NCBI GenBank assembly: GCA_963749495.1
Contig: CAVVMW010000018.1
Span: 32,001-96,000, forward strand
Length of the DNA stretch: 64,000 nucleotides
Direction: 5' to 3'
Origin: an uncultured bacterium
GTDB lineage: Bacteria > Verrucomicrobiota > Verrucomicrobiia > Limisphaerales > UBA8199
The notes beneath the pieces are model-generated. The model made no database searches. It was not told where the DNA came from and saw only the letters and a list, made by a program, of their open reading frames with translations. Positions 52,368 to 61,775 of this stretch are shown here, piece after piece; within the stretch, counting starts at the first letter, position 1; every line of letters starts with the position of its first letter. Made by a program: the position numbers and the translations under genes.

Positions 52368-54325
52368 CCGTGGTTGAAGTTGGCGTGGGCGTGTCTGAGC
52401 CAGTCTCGCGCCGCCGGCACCAGCCCTTTGGGGCAGAAGATGAGCATCGCCACCAGGAGGCTGCCGTAGGCCAGTTGCTCGTAACGGCTGACGTCCGTGC
52501 TGCCGAGCCGGGCGCCGGCGGCGGTGATGACTTCGTGGAGGCTGGTCATCACCACGGCGCCGATCAAGCCGCCCCAAATCCCGCCCATCCCGCCGACAAC
52601 GCCCATGGTGACCAGCATGATCGAGAGCATGAGGCTGAACTCGTCGGGCCCCAAGTAGGAGGGCGAATAGACCAGGGCGTAGAGCACGCCCGCCAGCGCC
52701 GCCAGCACGCCGGAGGCAACGAACATCTTGAGCTTCACGCCGAACACCGGCACCCCCAGCGCTGCCGCGGCCTCTTCGTCGCCGTGAATGGCCCGGAGCG
52801 CCCGCCCCACCGGCGAGGCCGTCAGGTGTACCGCCGCCAGCATCACCAGCCACGCCACCAGCCAGATGAAGTAAAACCGCGCCGGTTCGCTGCCGTTGCC
52901 CAGGCCGAAGAAAGTGATCTCGGGCAGGTTCAACAGGCCCTCGGCTCCGTGAGTGAGCCTCGAGCGGTTGATGAACTGGAAGATGATAACGCCCAGGCAG
53001 AGCGTGGCCAGGGCCAGGTGATGCCCCTTCAAACGCAGGACCATGAATCCGCCGCCCAGCGCCGCCAAACCGCCGGCCGCAAGGGCCAGCGGCACAGCCA
53101 GCGGGACGGGCAGATGAAAGGTGGTCCAGGCCACCGCCGCCGTGTAAGCGCCGACACCGTAAAAGCCGGCCTGCCCGAGCGAGACCTGGCCCGTAAAACC
53201 CATCAGGAGTGTCAGGCCGGTGACGGCAATGGCGTAGATGCCGCAGAGTTGCGCCAGAGGCAGGAGGTAAGCGTGCGCCCCTCGCGCCAGCAGCGGCACA
53301 ACCAGGATGAACAACAGGAGCGCCCCCAAACCGCGATAGAGCTTCAGGCGGGGGACCGGCTCCGGCAATTTGATCCTCCCCGCTTTGACGGGCTCCGCGA
53401 TTGGGGCAAAGGCATCCCGGCATTGCCCGCTTCCGCCCTCTCCCTCAGCGCTCCGGCCCAGGCCTTCTGCGCCCCGGCCAAAGACCCCCTCGGGCCGAAG
53501 GACCAGCACCAGCACCACGATGGCCAGCGCCAGGGTCTCCTTGTACACCGAGGACCCCCACGCGCTCAATTGCTCAAGGACCCCGAGCAGCACTCCGCTG
53601 AGCACCCCGCCGACGGGGTTGCCCAGGCCCCCCAAAATCGCCGCCGAAAACCCCTTCAAGCCCAGCATCGTGCCCTGGTCGAACTGCATCGAAAGCATCG
53701 GCGTCAATAAGACCCCGCCCACGCCCGCCAGCAGCGCGCCCAGGCCGAAGGCCAGGGCGGACATCCTGCCCGGACTCACCCCGCAGAGCCGGGCGCCCTC
53801 CGGGTTTTCCGAGCAGGCCCTCATCGCCCGGCCCGTCCTCGAGAACCGAAAAAACAGGGCCAGCGCCCCCATGCACACCGCCGCCGTGCCGAGCATCACC
53901 AGATTCTGCGACTCGACCCGGATGCCTGCCAGCCTCACCTCCCCGCTCAGCAGCGGCGGCAGATGGAACCGGTCCGTGCCCCATACCAGGGCCGCCAGCG
54001 CCCGCAGGACGATCAACACACCGACGGTGATGATAATCTGAATGACCGGCTTGGCGCGGCGCGCGGGCCGGATAGCCAGCCCCTCGACCAGCAGGCCCGC
54101 CAACCCGGCCCCCAGCACGCCCGCCGCCAGCGCCCCCCACAGCGGCACCGAGCCCCCGCCATAGAGCCACGCCGCCGCCATCCCGCCGATCATCACAAAC
54201 TCGCCCTGGGCGAAATTGAGCACGCCCGTGGTGCGGTAAATGACGTTGAACCCCAGCGAGATCAGCGCATAGATGCTGCCGACCATGACCCCCTTCACGC
54301 ACAACATGAGGGCAATGTTTCGCAT
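52364..54325 (-). CDS. livH: Fused LivH-LivM-type ABC permease
   Basis: LNFAQGE..KGFSAAILGG (LivH), a hydrophilic linker, then GQVSLGQAGF..SPVGRAL.AI..E.AA (LivM), all in one frame. Confidence 0.88.
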   Translation of the reverse strand: MRNIALMLCVKGVMVGSIYALISLGFNVIYRTTGVLNFAQGEFVMIGGMAAAWLYGGGSVPLWGALAAGVLGAGLAGLLVEGLAIRPARRAKPVIQIIITVGVLIVLRALAALVWGTDRFHLPPLLSGEVRLAGIRVESQNLVMLGTAAVCMGALALFFRFSRTGRAMRACSENPEGARLCGVSPGRMSALAFGLGALLAGVGGVLLTPMLSMQFDQGTMLGLKGFSAAILGGLGNPVGGVLSGVLLGVLEQLSAWGSSVYKETLALAIVVLVLVLRPEGVFGRGAEGLGRSAEGEGGSGQCRDAFAPIAEPVKAGRIKLPEPVPRLKLYRGLGALLLFILVVPLLARGAHAYLLPLAQLCGIYAIAVTGLTLLMGFTGQVSLGQAGFYGVGAYTAAVAWTTFHLPVPLAVPLALAAGGLAALGGGFMVLRLKGHHLALATLCLGVIIFQFINRSRLTHGAEGLLNLPEITFFGLGNGSEPARFYFIWLVAWLVMLAAVHLTASPVGRALRAIHGDEEAAAALGVPVFGVKLKMFVASGVLAALAGVLYALVYSPSYLGPDEFSLMLSIMLVTMGVVGGMGGIWGGLIGAVVMTSLHEVITAAGARLGSTDVSRYEQLAYGSLLVAMLIFCPKGLVPAARDWLRHAHANFNHG

Positions 54326-54391
54326 TTGCCGCCAGTCAGGGTAAAATGAATGGGGGCGGGATGGGAAGCCTCTTGGCAGGATCCTGCCCTC

Positions 54392-54501
54392 GGAGTGCGC
54401 CCGTCCCCGGGCGCAGCAGCGACGGAGCCGGCAGGCGCGCCGGAGTACTCGGCCGCTGCCCTGGCTGCGGACATCGCTGCGCCCGAGGACGGGCGCACTC
54501 C
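54392..54501. repeat. REP family E copy
   Basis: Homolog of 43047-43156. Confidence 0.88.
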
Positions 54502-54525
54502 CCTCTCGCCGCAACCGGATCTGGT

Positions 54526-54553
54526 TTGACACCTCCGGGGCGATCTTTAGGCT
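54526..54553 (+). promoter_or_regulatory. Putative paaK promoter
   Basis: TTGACA-16-TAGGCT upstream of GGAG and the ATG at 54578. Confidence 0.5.
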
Positions 54554-54577
54554 TGGCTGACTGATTTTCGGAGCACC

Positions 54578-55855
54578 ATGACAACCTTCTGGAACCAGAA
54601 AACCGAGACGATGTCGCGCGACGAACTGGCGAGCGGCCAGTTGGCCCGGTTGCGCCAGACCGTCAAACGCGTGTACGAGCGCAACCCGTTCTACCACAGC
54701 AAAATGGAGCAGGCGGGGGTAAAACCGGCCGACATCGAGGTCCCCGAGGACCTGCGCTGGCTTCCCTTCATCAGCAAAGAAGATTTCCGGCTCCAGTATC
54801 CGCTGGGGATGTCGTGCGTCGAGCGCTCCGAGTTGCGGGAGATCCACCTCAGCTCCGGTTCGAGCGGCTCGCCGGTGGTCATGGCCTATACGAGCGAAGA
54901 CCTGGACCAGTGGGCCGAGTGCATGGCGCGCTGTTACGCGATGGCGGGCCTGGGACAGGGCGACACGATCCAGATCACACCGTCGTTCGGCCTGTTCAAC
55001 GGCGGCTTCGGTTTTTACCATGGGGCGCGCAAGGCCGGGCTGTTTGTCATCCCCACCGGGGCCGGCAACACGCCGCGCCAAATCAAGTTGATGAATGATT
55101 TCGGGGTCAAGGCGCTCATGGGGGTCGTCTCCTATGGCTTGCGCATCCTGGAGGTCCTCCACCAGCAAAAGGCCGCCATCCCCTCGCTCAAGATCGGCAT
55201 GTTCGGCGCCGAGACCTTCTCCGACAGCATGCGCGAGCGCATACAAAACGGCCTGGGCATCGAGGCCTTCGACATCTACGGGATGACGGAGACCGGCGGC
55301 GTGGGCACCACGGGCATGGACTGCCCCTTCCATTGCGGCATCCACGTGTGGGAAGACCAGTATATCACCGAGGTGGTGGACCCCAAGACCGGCAAGCCGC
55401 TCGAGGACGGCCAGAGCGGCGAGGTCGTGTTCACCTCGCTCCAGCGCCAGGCCATTCCCGTCATCCGGTTTCGCACCGGCGACCTGGCGCGGGTGCTCAG
55501 CCGGAAACGTTGCGAGTGCGGCCGCACCAGCCTCCGCCTGGACCGCATCACCGGGCGCGTCGATGACATGCTCATCATCAAGGGTGTGAACTTCTTCCCG
55601 CGCCAAATCGAGCAGGCGCTCATGGAGATTCCCGGCGTGCTCCCGCACTACCAGATCATCGTCGAGGAACACGACGGCGTCCGCGACCTGCGCATCCACG
55701 TCGAGGTCCAACCCGGCGTCACCGGCTTCATGGTCGAGAAACATCTCAAGGAGAAACTGGGCTTCAGCCCCAAGGGCGACGTCTTCCCGCCCGGCACCCT
55801 GGCGCGCCAGGAGGGCAAGGCCAAACGCGTCTTTTTCGGCAAGGCCGGCGATTGA
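54578..55855 (+). CDS. paaK: Phenylacetate-CoA ligase family
   Basis: LPF..K.D.R..YP.G, HLSSGSSG.P, GLFNGGFG.Y.GA, GAE, DIYGMTE, RFRTGD, GRVDDMLIIKGVN.FP. Confidence 0.92.
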   Translation: MTTFWNQKTETMSRDELASGQLARLRQTVKRVYERNPFYHSKMEQAGVKPADIEVPEDLRWLPFISKEDFRLQYPLGMSCVERSELREIHLSSGSSGSPVVMAYTSEDLDQWAECMARCYAMAGLGQGDTIQITPSFGLFNGGFGFYHGARKAGLFVIPTGAGNTPRQIKLMNDFGVKALMGVVSYGLRILEVLHQQKAAIPSLKIGMFGAETFSDSMRERIQNGLGIEAFDIYGMTETGGVGTTGMDCPFHCGIHVWEDQYITEVVDPKTGKPLEDGQSGEVVFTSLQRQAIPVIRFRTGDLARVLSRKRCECGRTSLRLDRITGRVDDMLIIKGVNFFPRQIEQALMEIPGVLPHYQIIVEEHDGVRDLRIHVEVQPGVTGFMVEKHLKEKLGFSPKGDVFPPGTLARQEGKAKRVFFGKAGD

Positions 55856-55951
55856 CCGGGCGCACTCCAGCTCTACCTCCGAGCTGCATCCGCGATTCCA
55901 CCGTCGGAAAGCGGTCTTGTCGAGAACCTCAAGTCTTGGTAACTTTCTTCT

Positions 55952-56209
55952 GTGAAAACGTTGACGGTTGAGGAAGCGGTGGCTGGTTTGGGCCGGTGGG
56001 TGGAGTTGGCCTTGGCGGGCGAGAGAATCCAGATCCGACAGGGAGAGGGGGTAGTGGAACTGCGGCCGGCGCGGGCCGGCGCGTCCGCTGAAACGGAACA
56101 ACTGACGCCGCGTGAGGCGCTTCGCCGCTTGCAGGCCGAGGCGCGGCTCAAGCCGGAACAGGCGGAATCCTATCTCCGCGAGGTGCGCGAGGAACGCTTC
56201 GCGCTCTGA
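55952..56209 (+). CDS. Phd/YefM-like antitoxin-type small protein (no toxin adjacent)
   Basis: MKTLTVEEA...L...V..AL.GE.I.I.......VELRP N-terminal pattern. Confidence 0.6.
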   Translation: MKTLTVEEAVAGLGRWVELALAGERIQIRQGEGVVELRPARAGASAETEQLTPREALRRLQAEARLKPEQAESYLREVREERFAL

Positions 56210-56339
56210 GGCCCTGGGGCGTCAGTCAACGACGTGAAGGACTGGAGACTTGGTGTCGTCCATGTTATCCAGTTTCCGCTCCAGCGTATTGGCATCCAAA
56301 AGCGCCTTATTCATCATCTAGCGAGGCCGGGCCTCAGAC

Positions 56340-56390
56340 CGTGGCTTGGGCATCCTGCCCAAGCCCTCACGGGCAGGATGCCCGTGCCAC
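56340..56390. repeat. REP-like hairpin (GTGGC..GGGCATCCTGCCC / GGGCAGGATGCCC..GCCAC)
   Basis: Inverted repeat between convergent small genes. Confidence 0.75.
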
Positions 56391-56408
56391 AAACTTGACC
56401 TGTCTGCA

Positions 56409-56633
56409 TCACGTTTTGAAATTCAAGGACTCTAGAGCGGCTTCAACTTCCTTGGACGTATAGACGCCTCCCTCGGAGCGGAACACCGCTGAAGGGTGCG
56501 CCGTCTGCGGGCTTTGCTGCAGTGCCTGGAGTATCAACTCCGAAACAGCCTTGCCCAGAGAGGTTTTCTCCTGGGCGGCCTTGGCTTTGGCGGCCCGGAA
56601 CGCATCAGGCTCGAGTGTCACCGTGGTTCTCAC
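56409..56633 (-). CDS. VapB-like RHH antitoxin (no toxin adjacent)
   Basis: MRTTVTL..D...AAK..A......SLG..VSEL...AL; TTGACG-17-CATGAT-6-GTG upstream. Confidence 0.7.
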   Translation of the reverse strand: MRTTVTLEPDAFRAAKAKAAQEKTSLGKAVSELILQALQQSPQTAHPSAVFRSEGGVYTSKEVEAALESLNFKT

Positions 56634-56918
56634 GATGGCATCATGGCATCGGCATATCAGAGCGTCAAGCCCCTCTGGGCCGGATGGTCAAACGAAAGCT
56701 TCACCGTCGCGGGGCCTTTGTGCTAGCCCGCATATTTCATAGCCCACCCGGCTTTTCGCGTTTCGGAGGATTTTTTGGAGACAAATCGGGCTGGGCGGCG
56801 CAGTTTTTTCCGTCTGGGCACTGATCAGGGCGCAACGGAGTCTTTAGTCAAACAAAAAGGCTGCCGCTGAAAACACCCCTCCCGTGACTCTTGAAACATT
56901 GACCCCATTTTTCTGCAC

Positions 56919-58366
56919 TTAGCCCGGGGCCGGCGCCAACGCCATCAGCCGCCGGTGGCACCGCCGAAACAGCGCTTGCAAGGGATAGGCGCTGCACATC
57001 TGCACATAGACCCGGCGCACGCTCACGCGCACCTGGGCCGCGATTTTCAGCAGCTTCACACGCAGGCTCCCAGCCGTCGCCCGCTCCAACTCCGTTCCCG
57101 CCAAGCCCTGCGTGCGCAAGCGCTCCATCAACAGGTAAGCAAACATGGCCTCCCACAATCGAAACTGATTGCTGGCCATATAATGCGTGCTCATCCGGTC
57201 GGCGTGTAAATCCAGCACTTGCTGCTTGAGCAGGTTTTCCATATCGCCCCGGGCGCAGTACAGTTCCTCATAAAGCCGGGCCGGACTGAAGCGGCTCTGT
57301 TGCTCATCCTCATCCTCATCGTTCTTGAAGCCTTCGGCAGGCAGATTGGTCACCACAAACCGTGGGTTTTCCCCTGCGTTCATCACTTCGGCTTTGCCGA
57401 TCACCCGGCGCTCCCGACTCCAACTGTCGAGCGTCCGGTATTGAAACTCAGCGAACTGGCGCACGCTGGCCGCACCGGTCAGACAGTGACGGGCCCGGGC
57501 TTGAGCCAGGGCCTGCCCAGCTTCTCAATTAACACCGAGTTCTTGGCCAAGCCCAGGCAATAGTAAATCCCCCGCTGGCTCTCGCACCAAGCCATAATCT
57601 CCTGCCGGCCAAAACCGCTGTCCCCGCGCACAATAATCCGCGCCTTGGGGCAACGCTTGCGAATCGCGGCCACTATCTTCTCCAGCGCGGGCACCGCTCC
57701 GTGGGCTGCCTCGTGCTCGGCGGTGCGCAGTTGCGCCCATAGCGGGAAGTCCCCGACAAAGGCATAGAGCGGCAGATAACAATAGTCGTCATAGTAGGCG
57801 TTGAAGTGCCGCCCCTCCTGAAATCCGTGCAACCGATGGCCCATTGCGTCCAAATCCACCACGATCTCCTTGGCGCGTTTGGGCAGACAGCGCACCCCCA
57901 TTTTCAGCAGGCAGGCTTCCACCTTGGCTGGGGCGTGCGGCAGTTTGTGGCAGCGCGTGTCTTTGTTATTGGATAATTCCAGCCGGTTGAGTGTGGAGGG
58001 CGCCGCCAGCGCGATGCCCCGGTGCTGCGGCAGCACCCTGTCTTGTCCCAGCGGATCGGTCTTGCCGCAGGCGGCAGCCAGCAGCGGGTCCAAGCGCAGG
58101 CGCTGGTGATCCTCAATGTCTTCGTAGCCCAGGGCCGTTCCGAAGATGCGCTGGCGCAGGAGTTCCTGCACCGAATGGTTTACCCAGTCGGGGTCACGCA
58201 GGTCGTAAAAACATTGCGCCAGTTCCGCCGTCACCCCGAGGTTAGTGTCGACCTGGCGCAGCAGCAGCGCGCCGGCATCACTGGAGAGGGCGCCGCCGGA
58301 GAAATCGGCTTGCACACGGCGAGGACCCAAGTCATCAAAGAGAATTGCTTGATTGGCAACGCACAT
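56919..58366 (-). CDS. IS1380 family DDE transposase, frameshifted near 57480-57520
   Basis: ADFSGG.LSSD.G.LLL, GYED..DH..LR.DP, VDLDA, HG.QE..FNAYY..YCYLPL, RGDSGF, W.RERRVIGKAE, NPRFVVTNL, Y..RG.MEN. Confidence 0.92.
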
Positions 58367-58388
58367 GTAGTTAGTCTATAGGCTAGAT

Positions 58389-58610
58389 ATGAAAAAGCAA
58401 GTAAAATATTCACTCAAAGTGCAGGCAATCCGTTCCAAGGGGCAGACCCCCAAGCTCTATGTGTATTTTCCGATCCCCCTGGCCGCCGCCATTGGGCTGG
58501 AGCCGGGAGAGCAGGTCGAGTGGGAGCTTTTGAACCGAAGCGAACTATATTTGGTGCGCCCGCACGCCCCGCCGCCGCGCGCTCGTCCCCGCGCTTTGGC
58601 AGTCGGCTGA
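58389..58610 (+). CDS. Small AbrB/MazE-like passenger protein inside IS1380
   Basis: KVQ.I......LYV.FP..LA.AIGLEPGEQVEWE pattern; lies between the IS inverted repeats. Confidence 0.65.
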   Translation: MKKQVKYSLKVQAIRSKGQTPKLYVYFPIPLAAAIGLEPGEQVEWELLNRSELYLVRPHAPPPRARPRALAVG

Positions 58611-58752
58611 GCGTTCGACACCCTGTCGGTAACCCACCCGCCATCCTGCCAGTGGTCCAGGCCCGGTAAATCCGGCCCACCATGGCGATTTCATGCCAAA
58701 TTTCGCGATCAACTATGAAATATGCGGGCTAGGCTGTCCCCCTTGTCTGGTT

Positions 58753-60519
58753 ATGACAGGAAAAGTTGAACTGCTTTCCGGCAACGAGGCGATAGCGCGC
58801 GGGGCCTACGAGGCGGGGGTGACCGTGGCCACGGGCTATCCGGGCACGCCCTCGACGGAGATTCTCGAGGCCGTCTCCGGCTTCAAGCCGGAGGTCTATA
58901 GCGAATGGGCGCCCAACGAGAAGGTGGCGCTGGAGGTGGCCGTGGGCGCCTCGTTGAGCGGGGCGCGCTCGATCGTGACGATGAAACACGTCGGGCTCAA
59001 TGTCGCCGCCGACCCGCTAATGACCTTCGCCTACATCGGGGCGGTGGGGGGCCTGGTGGTCTGCGTGGCGGACGACCCCGGCATGCACTCCTCGCAAAAC
59101 GAGCAGGACACCCGCCACTATGCCCGCCTGGCGAAGATCCCGCTCCTGGAGCCGTCCGACTCCCAGGAGGCGCTCGATTTCACGGCACTGGGGCTGGACA
59201 TTTCGGAGCAGTTTCAGACGCCGGTCATTCTGCGCACGACCACGCGGGTGAGCCACTCGCGCAGCATCGTGAGCCTGGGCGAACGGGCGCCGCGGCCCCG
59301 GCCGGCCGGCTTCGTCAAGAACCCGCCCCGCTACGTGCCCATTCCCATGTGGGGCCGGGTGATGCGCCGGGCGGTGGAGGAGCGTCTGCCCAAACTGGGC
59401 GCCGCGGCGAGCCAATCCCCGGCCAATCGCATCGAGATGCGCGACCCGGCCCTGGGCATCATCACCGGCAGCGTCGCCTACCAGTATGCGCGGGACATCT
59501 GGCCGGAGGCCTCGGTCTTGAAATTGGGCTGGGCGTATCCGTTTCCGGACGAGTTGATCCGCCGGTTCGCCGGGCAGGTCAAACGCCTGCTGGTGGTCGA
59601 GGAATTGGACGATTTCCTGGAAGAACACATCAAGGCGCTTGGCCTGGCGTGCGATGGCCGCAATATCATCCCCGGCGTGGGCGAACTCTCCCCCACGGTC
59701 TTGCGGGCCGCCCGCGCCAGGCACGAGGGCCGGCCCGAGGCCGCCGCCAGCCCGCGCGCCGACACCCGGGACCTGCCCCTGCGCCCGCCCGTGCTCTGCC
59801 CCGGTTGCCCGCACCGCGGCATCTTCTATGCCCTGGCGCAATTCGACGTGGTCGTCACCGGCGACATCGGCTGCTACAGCCTGGGCGTGTTCCCGCCGCT
59901 CAACCGCATGGACACCATCCTGTGCATGGGGGCGGGGGTCTCGATGACCCAGGGCTTCGAAAAGGCCGGCGAACCCAAGCGCGTCGTCGGCATGGTCGGC
60001 GATTCGACCTTCTTTCACTCCGGCATCACCGGGTTGCTCAATATCGCCTGCAACGGCGGCTCCGCCGTCATCATCGTGGTGGACAACCGCACCACGGCCA
60101 TGACCGGCCACCAGCCCAACCCCGGCTCCGGCCAAACGCTCATGGGGGAGGCTGCCCCCGCGGCCTCCATCGAGGCCATCGCCGCCGCCTGCGGCGTCAG
60201 GCGCGTCCTGACCGTCAACCCTTACGAACTGCAGCCCACCATCCAGGCCCTCAAGGAATCGCTGGCCGCCCTCGAGCCGACGGTGATCGTCTCGCGCGCC
60301 CCCTGCCCCCTGGAGCAGGGCAAAGCGGCCGGCCCGCCCCAGGCCATCAACCCGGAGCAGTGCCAGCAGTGTTACGAGTGCCTGGGCCTGGGCTGCCCCG
60401 GGCTGGAGCGGGACCAGGCCCAGGGCCTGCGCATCAACGACCTGCTCTGCGGCGGCTGCACCCTCTGCCGCCAGGTCTGCGCTTTCGAGGCGATCTCAAC
60501 CCGCGCGGCCCCTCTATGA
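58753..60519 (+). CDS. iorA: Indolepyruvate:ferredoxin oxidoreductase alpha subunit
   Basis: LSGNEAIARG, YPGTPSTEI, NEKVALE, MKHVGLNVAAD, HSSQNEQD, CPGCPHR, GDIGCY, GDSTFFHSG; C-terminal ferredoxin Cys motifs. Confidence 0.95.
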   Translation: MTGKVELLSGNEAIARGAYEAGVTVATGYPGTPSTEILEAVSGFKPEVYSEWAPNEKVALEVAVGASLSGARSIVTMKHVGLNVAADPLMTFAYIGAVGGLVVCVADDPGMHSSQNEQDTRHYARLAKIPLLEPSDSQEALDFTALGLDISEQFQTPVILRTTTRVSHSRSIVSLGERAPRPRPAGFVKNPPRYVPIPMWGRVMRRAVEERLPKLGAAASQSPANRIEMRDPALGIITGSVAYQYARDIWPEASVLKLGWAYPFPDELIRRFAGQVKRLLVVEELDDFLEEHIKALGLACDGRNIIPGVGELSPTVLRAARARHEGRPEAAASPRADTRDLPLRPPVLCPGCPHRGIFYALAQFDVVVTGDIGCYSLGVFPPLNRMDTILCMGAGVSMTQGFEKAGEPKRVVGMVGDSTFFHSGITGLLNIACNGGSAVIIVVDNRTTAMTGHQPNPGSGQTLMGEAAPAASIEAIAAACGVRRVLTVNPYELQPTIQALKESLAALEPTVIVSRAPCPLEQGKAAGPPQAINPEQCQQCYECLGLGCPGLERDQAQGLRINDLLCGGCTLCRQVCAFEAISTRAAPL

Positions 60520-60652
60520 ACCGGCGCCACGTCCGAAGGTTTTGGACTGCGGCAGTCCTCTGCCGCTTTCACGTCCCCACGCTCCCAAAAGCGGCAGAGG
60601 ACTGCCGCAGTCCAAAACGCTTCGCGCCGAGCGAAGCCCGTCCGGTTCATGG
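60514..60652. repeat. REP family A copy with CTATGAACC/GGTTCATGG termini
   Basis: Between iorA and iorB; its left terminus contains the iorA TGA stop. Confidence 0.88.
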
Positions 60653-60688
60653 TCCCAATGCCCGATCTCAGAATAGCGGAGGCTCTCC

Positions 60689-61276
60689 ATGACCGCCACC
60701 CACACCGTCAATGTGGTCCTGGCCGGTGTGGGCGGCCAGGGCATCCTGCTGGCCAGCGAGATTGTCGCCCGCTCCGCCATGGCTGCCGGCTATGCCGTCA
60801 AGACCAACGAGGTACACGGCATGGCCCAGCGCGGCGGCTCGGTGCTGGCGCAGATTCGCTATGGGCAGGAGGTCCATAGCCCGCTGGTCGAGCGCGGCGC
60901 CGCCCAGGTGCTGGGCGCGCTGGAGTGCATCGAATCGCTCCGGCACGCCGATTACCTGGCGCCCGACGGCCTGGCGGTGGTCTCCAGCCAGAGGGTCGTG
61001 CCCATCACCGTCTCCAGCGGCCAGGCCAAATACCCCGAGGATGCCGAGGCGCGGATTCGGGCCGCCTTTCCGCGCCTGGTCTATCTGGATGCCCTTGGAA
61101 TAGCGGCGGCCCTCGGCTCCATCAGATGTTCCAACCTCGTCATCCTGGGTGCCCTGTCCACGGGCCTGACCCTCCCCGCCGTGGCCTGGCACGAGGGCAT
61201 TGGCCAGTCCGTAAAACCGCAATTTCTCGAACTCAACCTCCGGGCCTTCGCGCGCGGAGCGGCCTTGCGGGCGTGA
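60689..61276 (+). CDS. iorB: Indolepyruvate oxidoreductase beta subunit
   Basis: GVGGQG.LLAS, EVHGMAQRGGSV, SPLV..G.A, NL.AF..G. Confidence 0.94.
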   Translation: MTATHTVNVVLAGVGGQGILLASEIVARSAMAAGYAVKTNEVHGMAQRGGSVLAQIRYGQEVHSPLVERGAAQVLGALECIESLRHADYLAPDGLAVVSSQRVVPITVSSGQAKYPEDAEARIRAAFPRLVYLDALGIAAALGSIRCSNLVILGALSTGLTLPAVAWHEGIGQSVKPQFLELNLRAFARGAALRA

Positions 61277-61325
61277 TCACATCATGCAACCGGTCATGGA
61301 AGGCGGAACCAGAGTCTCCGGCCGA

Positions 61326-61501
61326 CCCCTCACCCCAGCCCTCTCCCCACCCGCTGCGACGGCGCGGCAGCGCGGCGAGTCGGATGGGGAGAGGGAGAAT
61401 TCTGCGCAGCCGCTGGAGGAACCAGAGATGCTTGGAAGTTCAAGCGACTGCCGACGCTTCTCCCTCTCCCCTTCAGAAGGGGAGAGGGCCGGGGTGAGGG
61501 G
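61326..61501. repeat. Paired REP family B units
   Basis: ACCCCTCACCCCAGCCCTCTCCC ... GGGAGAGGGCCGGGGTGAGGGGT. Confidence 0.85.
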
Positions 61502-61544
61502 TCTGCCCCCGTGACACTCCCGCCTTCACTGCGGCCTTACCACA

Positions 61545-61775
61545 TCAGGTCTGATCGCGCTGGCCCAGCTTGCGGATCCAGATGTTGCGGAACCGAAGCG
61601 GGTTGTTGTGGTACTGCAACTCGATGAAGACCTCGGGCGGATGAGGGCTGCCGTACTTCGAGAGCGTCCTCCAGGGCACCTCGCGGGTGATGCCGTCGGT
61701 AATTCCGGCCAGTTCGTATCGGTTCTGGACGACGACGCCGTTGTAGAGCACGGTGACAATGGCCTTCTTAGCATA
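61545..61775 (-). pseudogene. C-terminal fragment of a DUF1080 (3-keto-disaccharide hydrolase) protein
   Basis: VTVLYNGVVVQN...LQYHNNP.RFRNIWIRKL; in-frame stop just upstream and no N-terminal part. Confidence 0.7.

Larger units (their letters stand above)
56727..58728 (-). mobile_element. IS1380-family insertion sequence (2002 bp)
   Basis: Perfect 16-bp IRs CCCGCATATTTCATAG / CTATGAAATATGCGGG; CTAG duplicated at 56723-56726 and 58729-58732. Confidence 0.93.

Noticed and set aside
2554..56101. Long N-terminal ORF extensions (ubiD from 2554, trpB from 6444, AraC from 22580, 26201, 27450, 34256, 43322, 50673, livH from 56101)
   Set aside because: They are read-through of stop-poor REP or antisense sequence; conserved domains start later.
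4745..57520. Many frameshifts (Uma2, trpB, glmU-like, dinG x2, MTase, secreted proteins, prepilin, CotH, LSR, IS1380) as programmed frameshifting or mass pseudogenisation
   Set aside because: They are mostly single-base indels, many in short homopolymers, and they hit otherwise intact core genes. Long-read error is the simpler explanation; read polishing is needed.
2483..60652. Recurrent ~30-bp palindromic repeats as a CRISPR array
   Set aside because: They are dispersed inverted pairs, not tandem direct repeats with spacers, and there are no cas genes.
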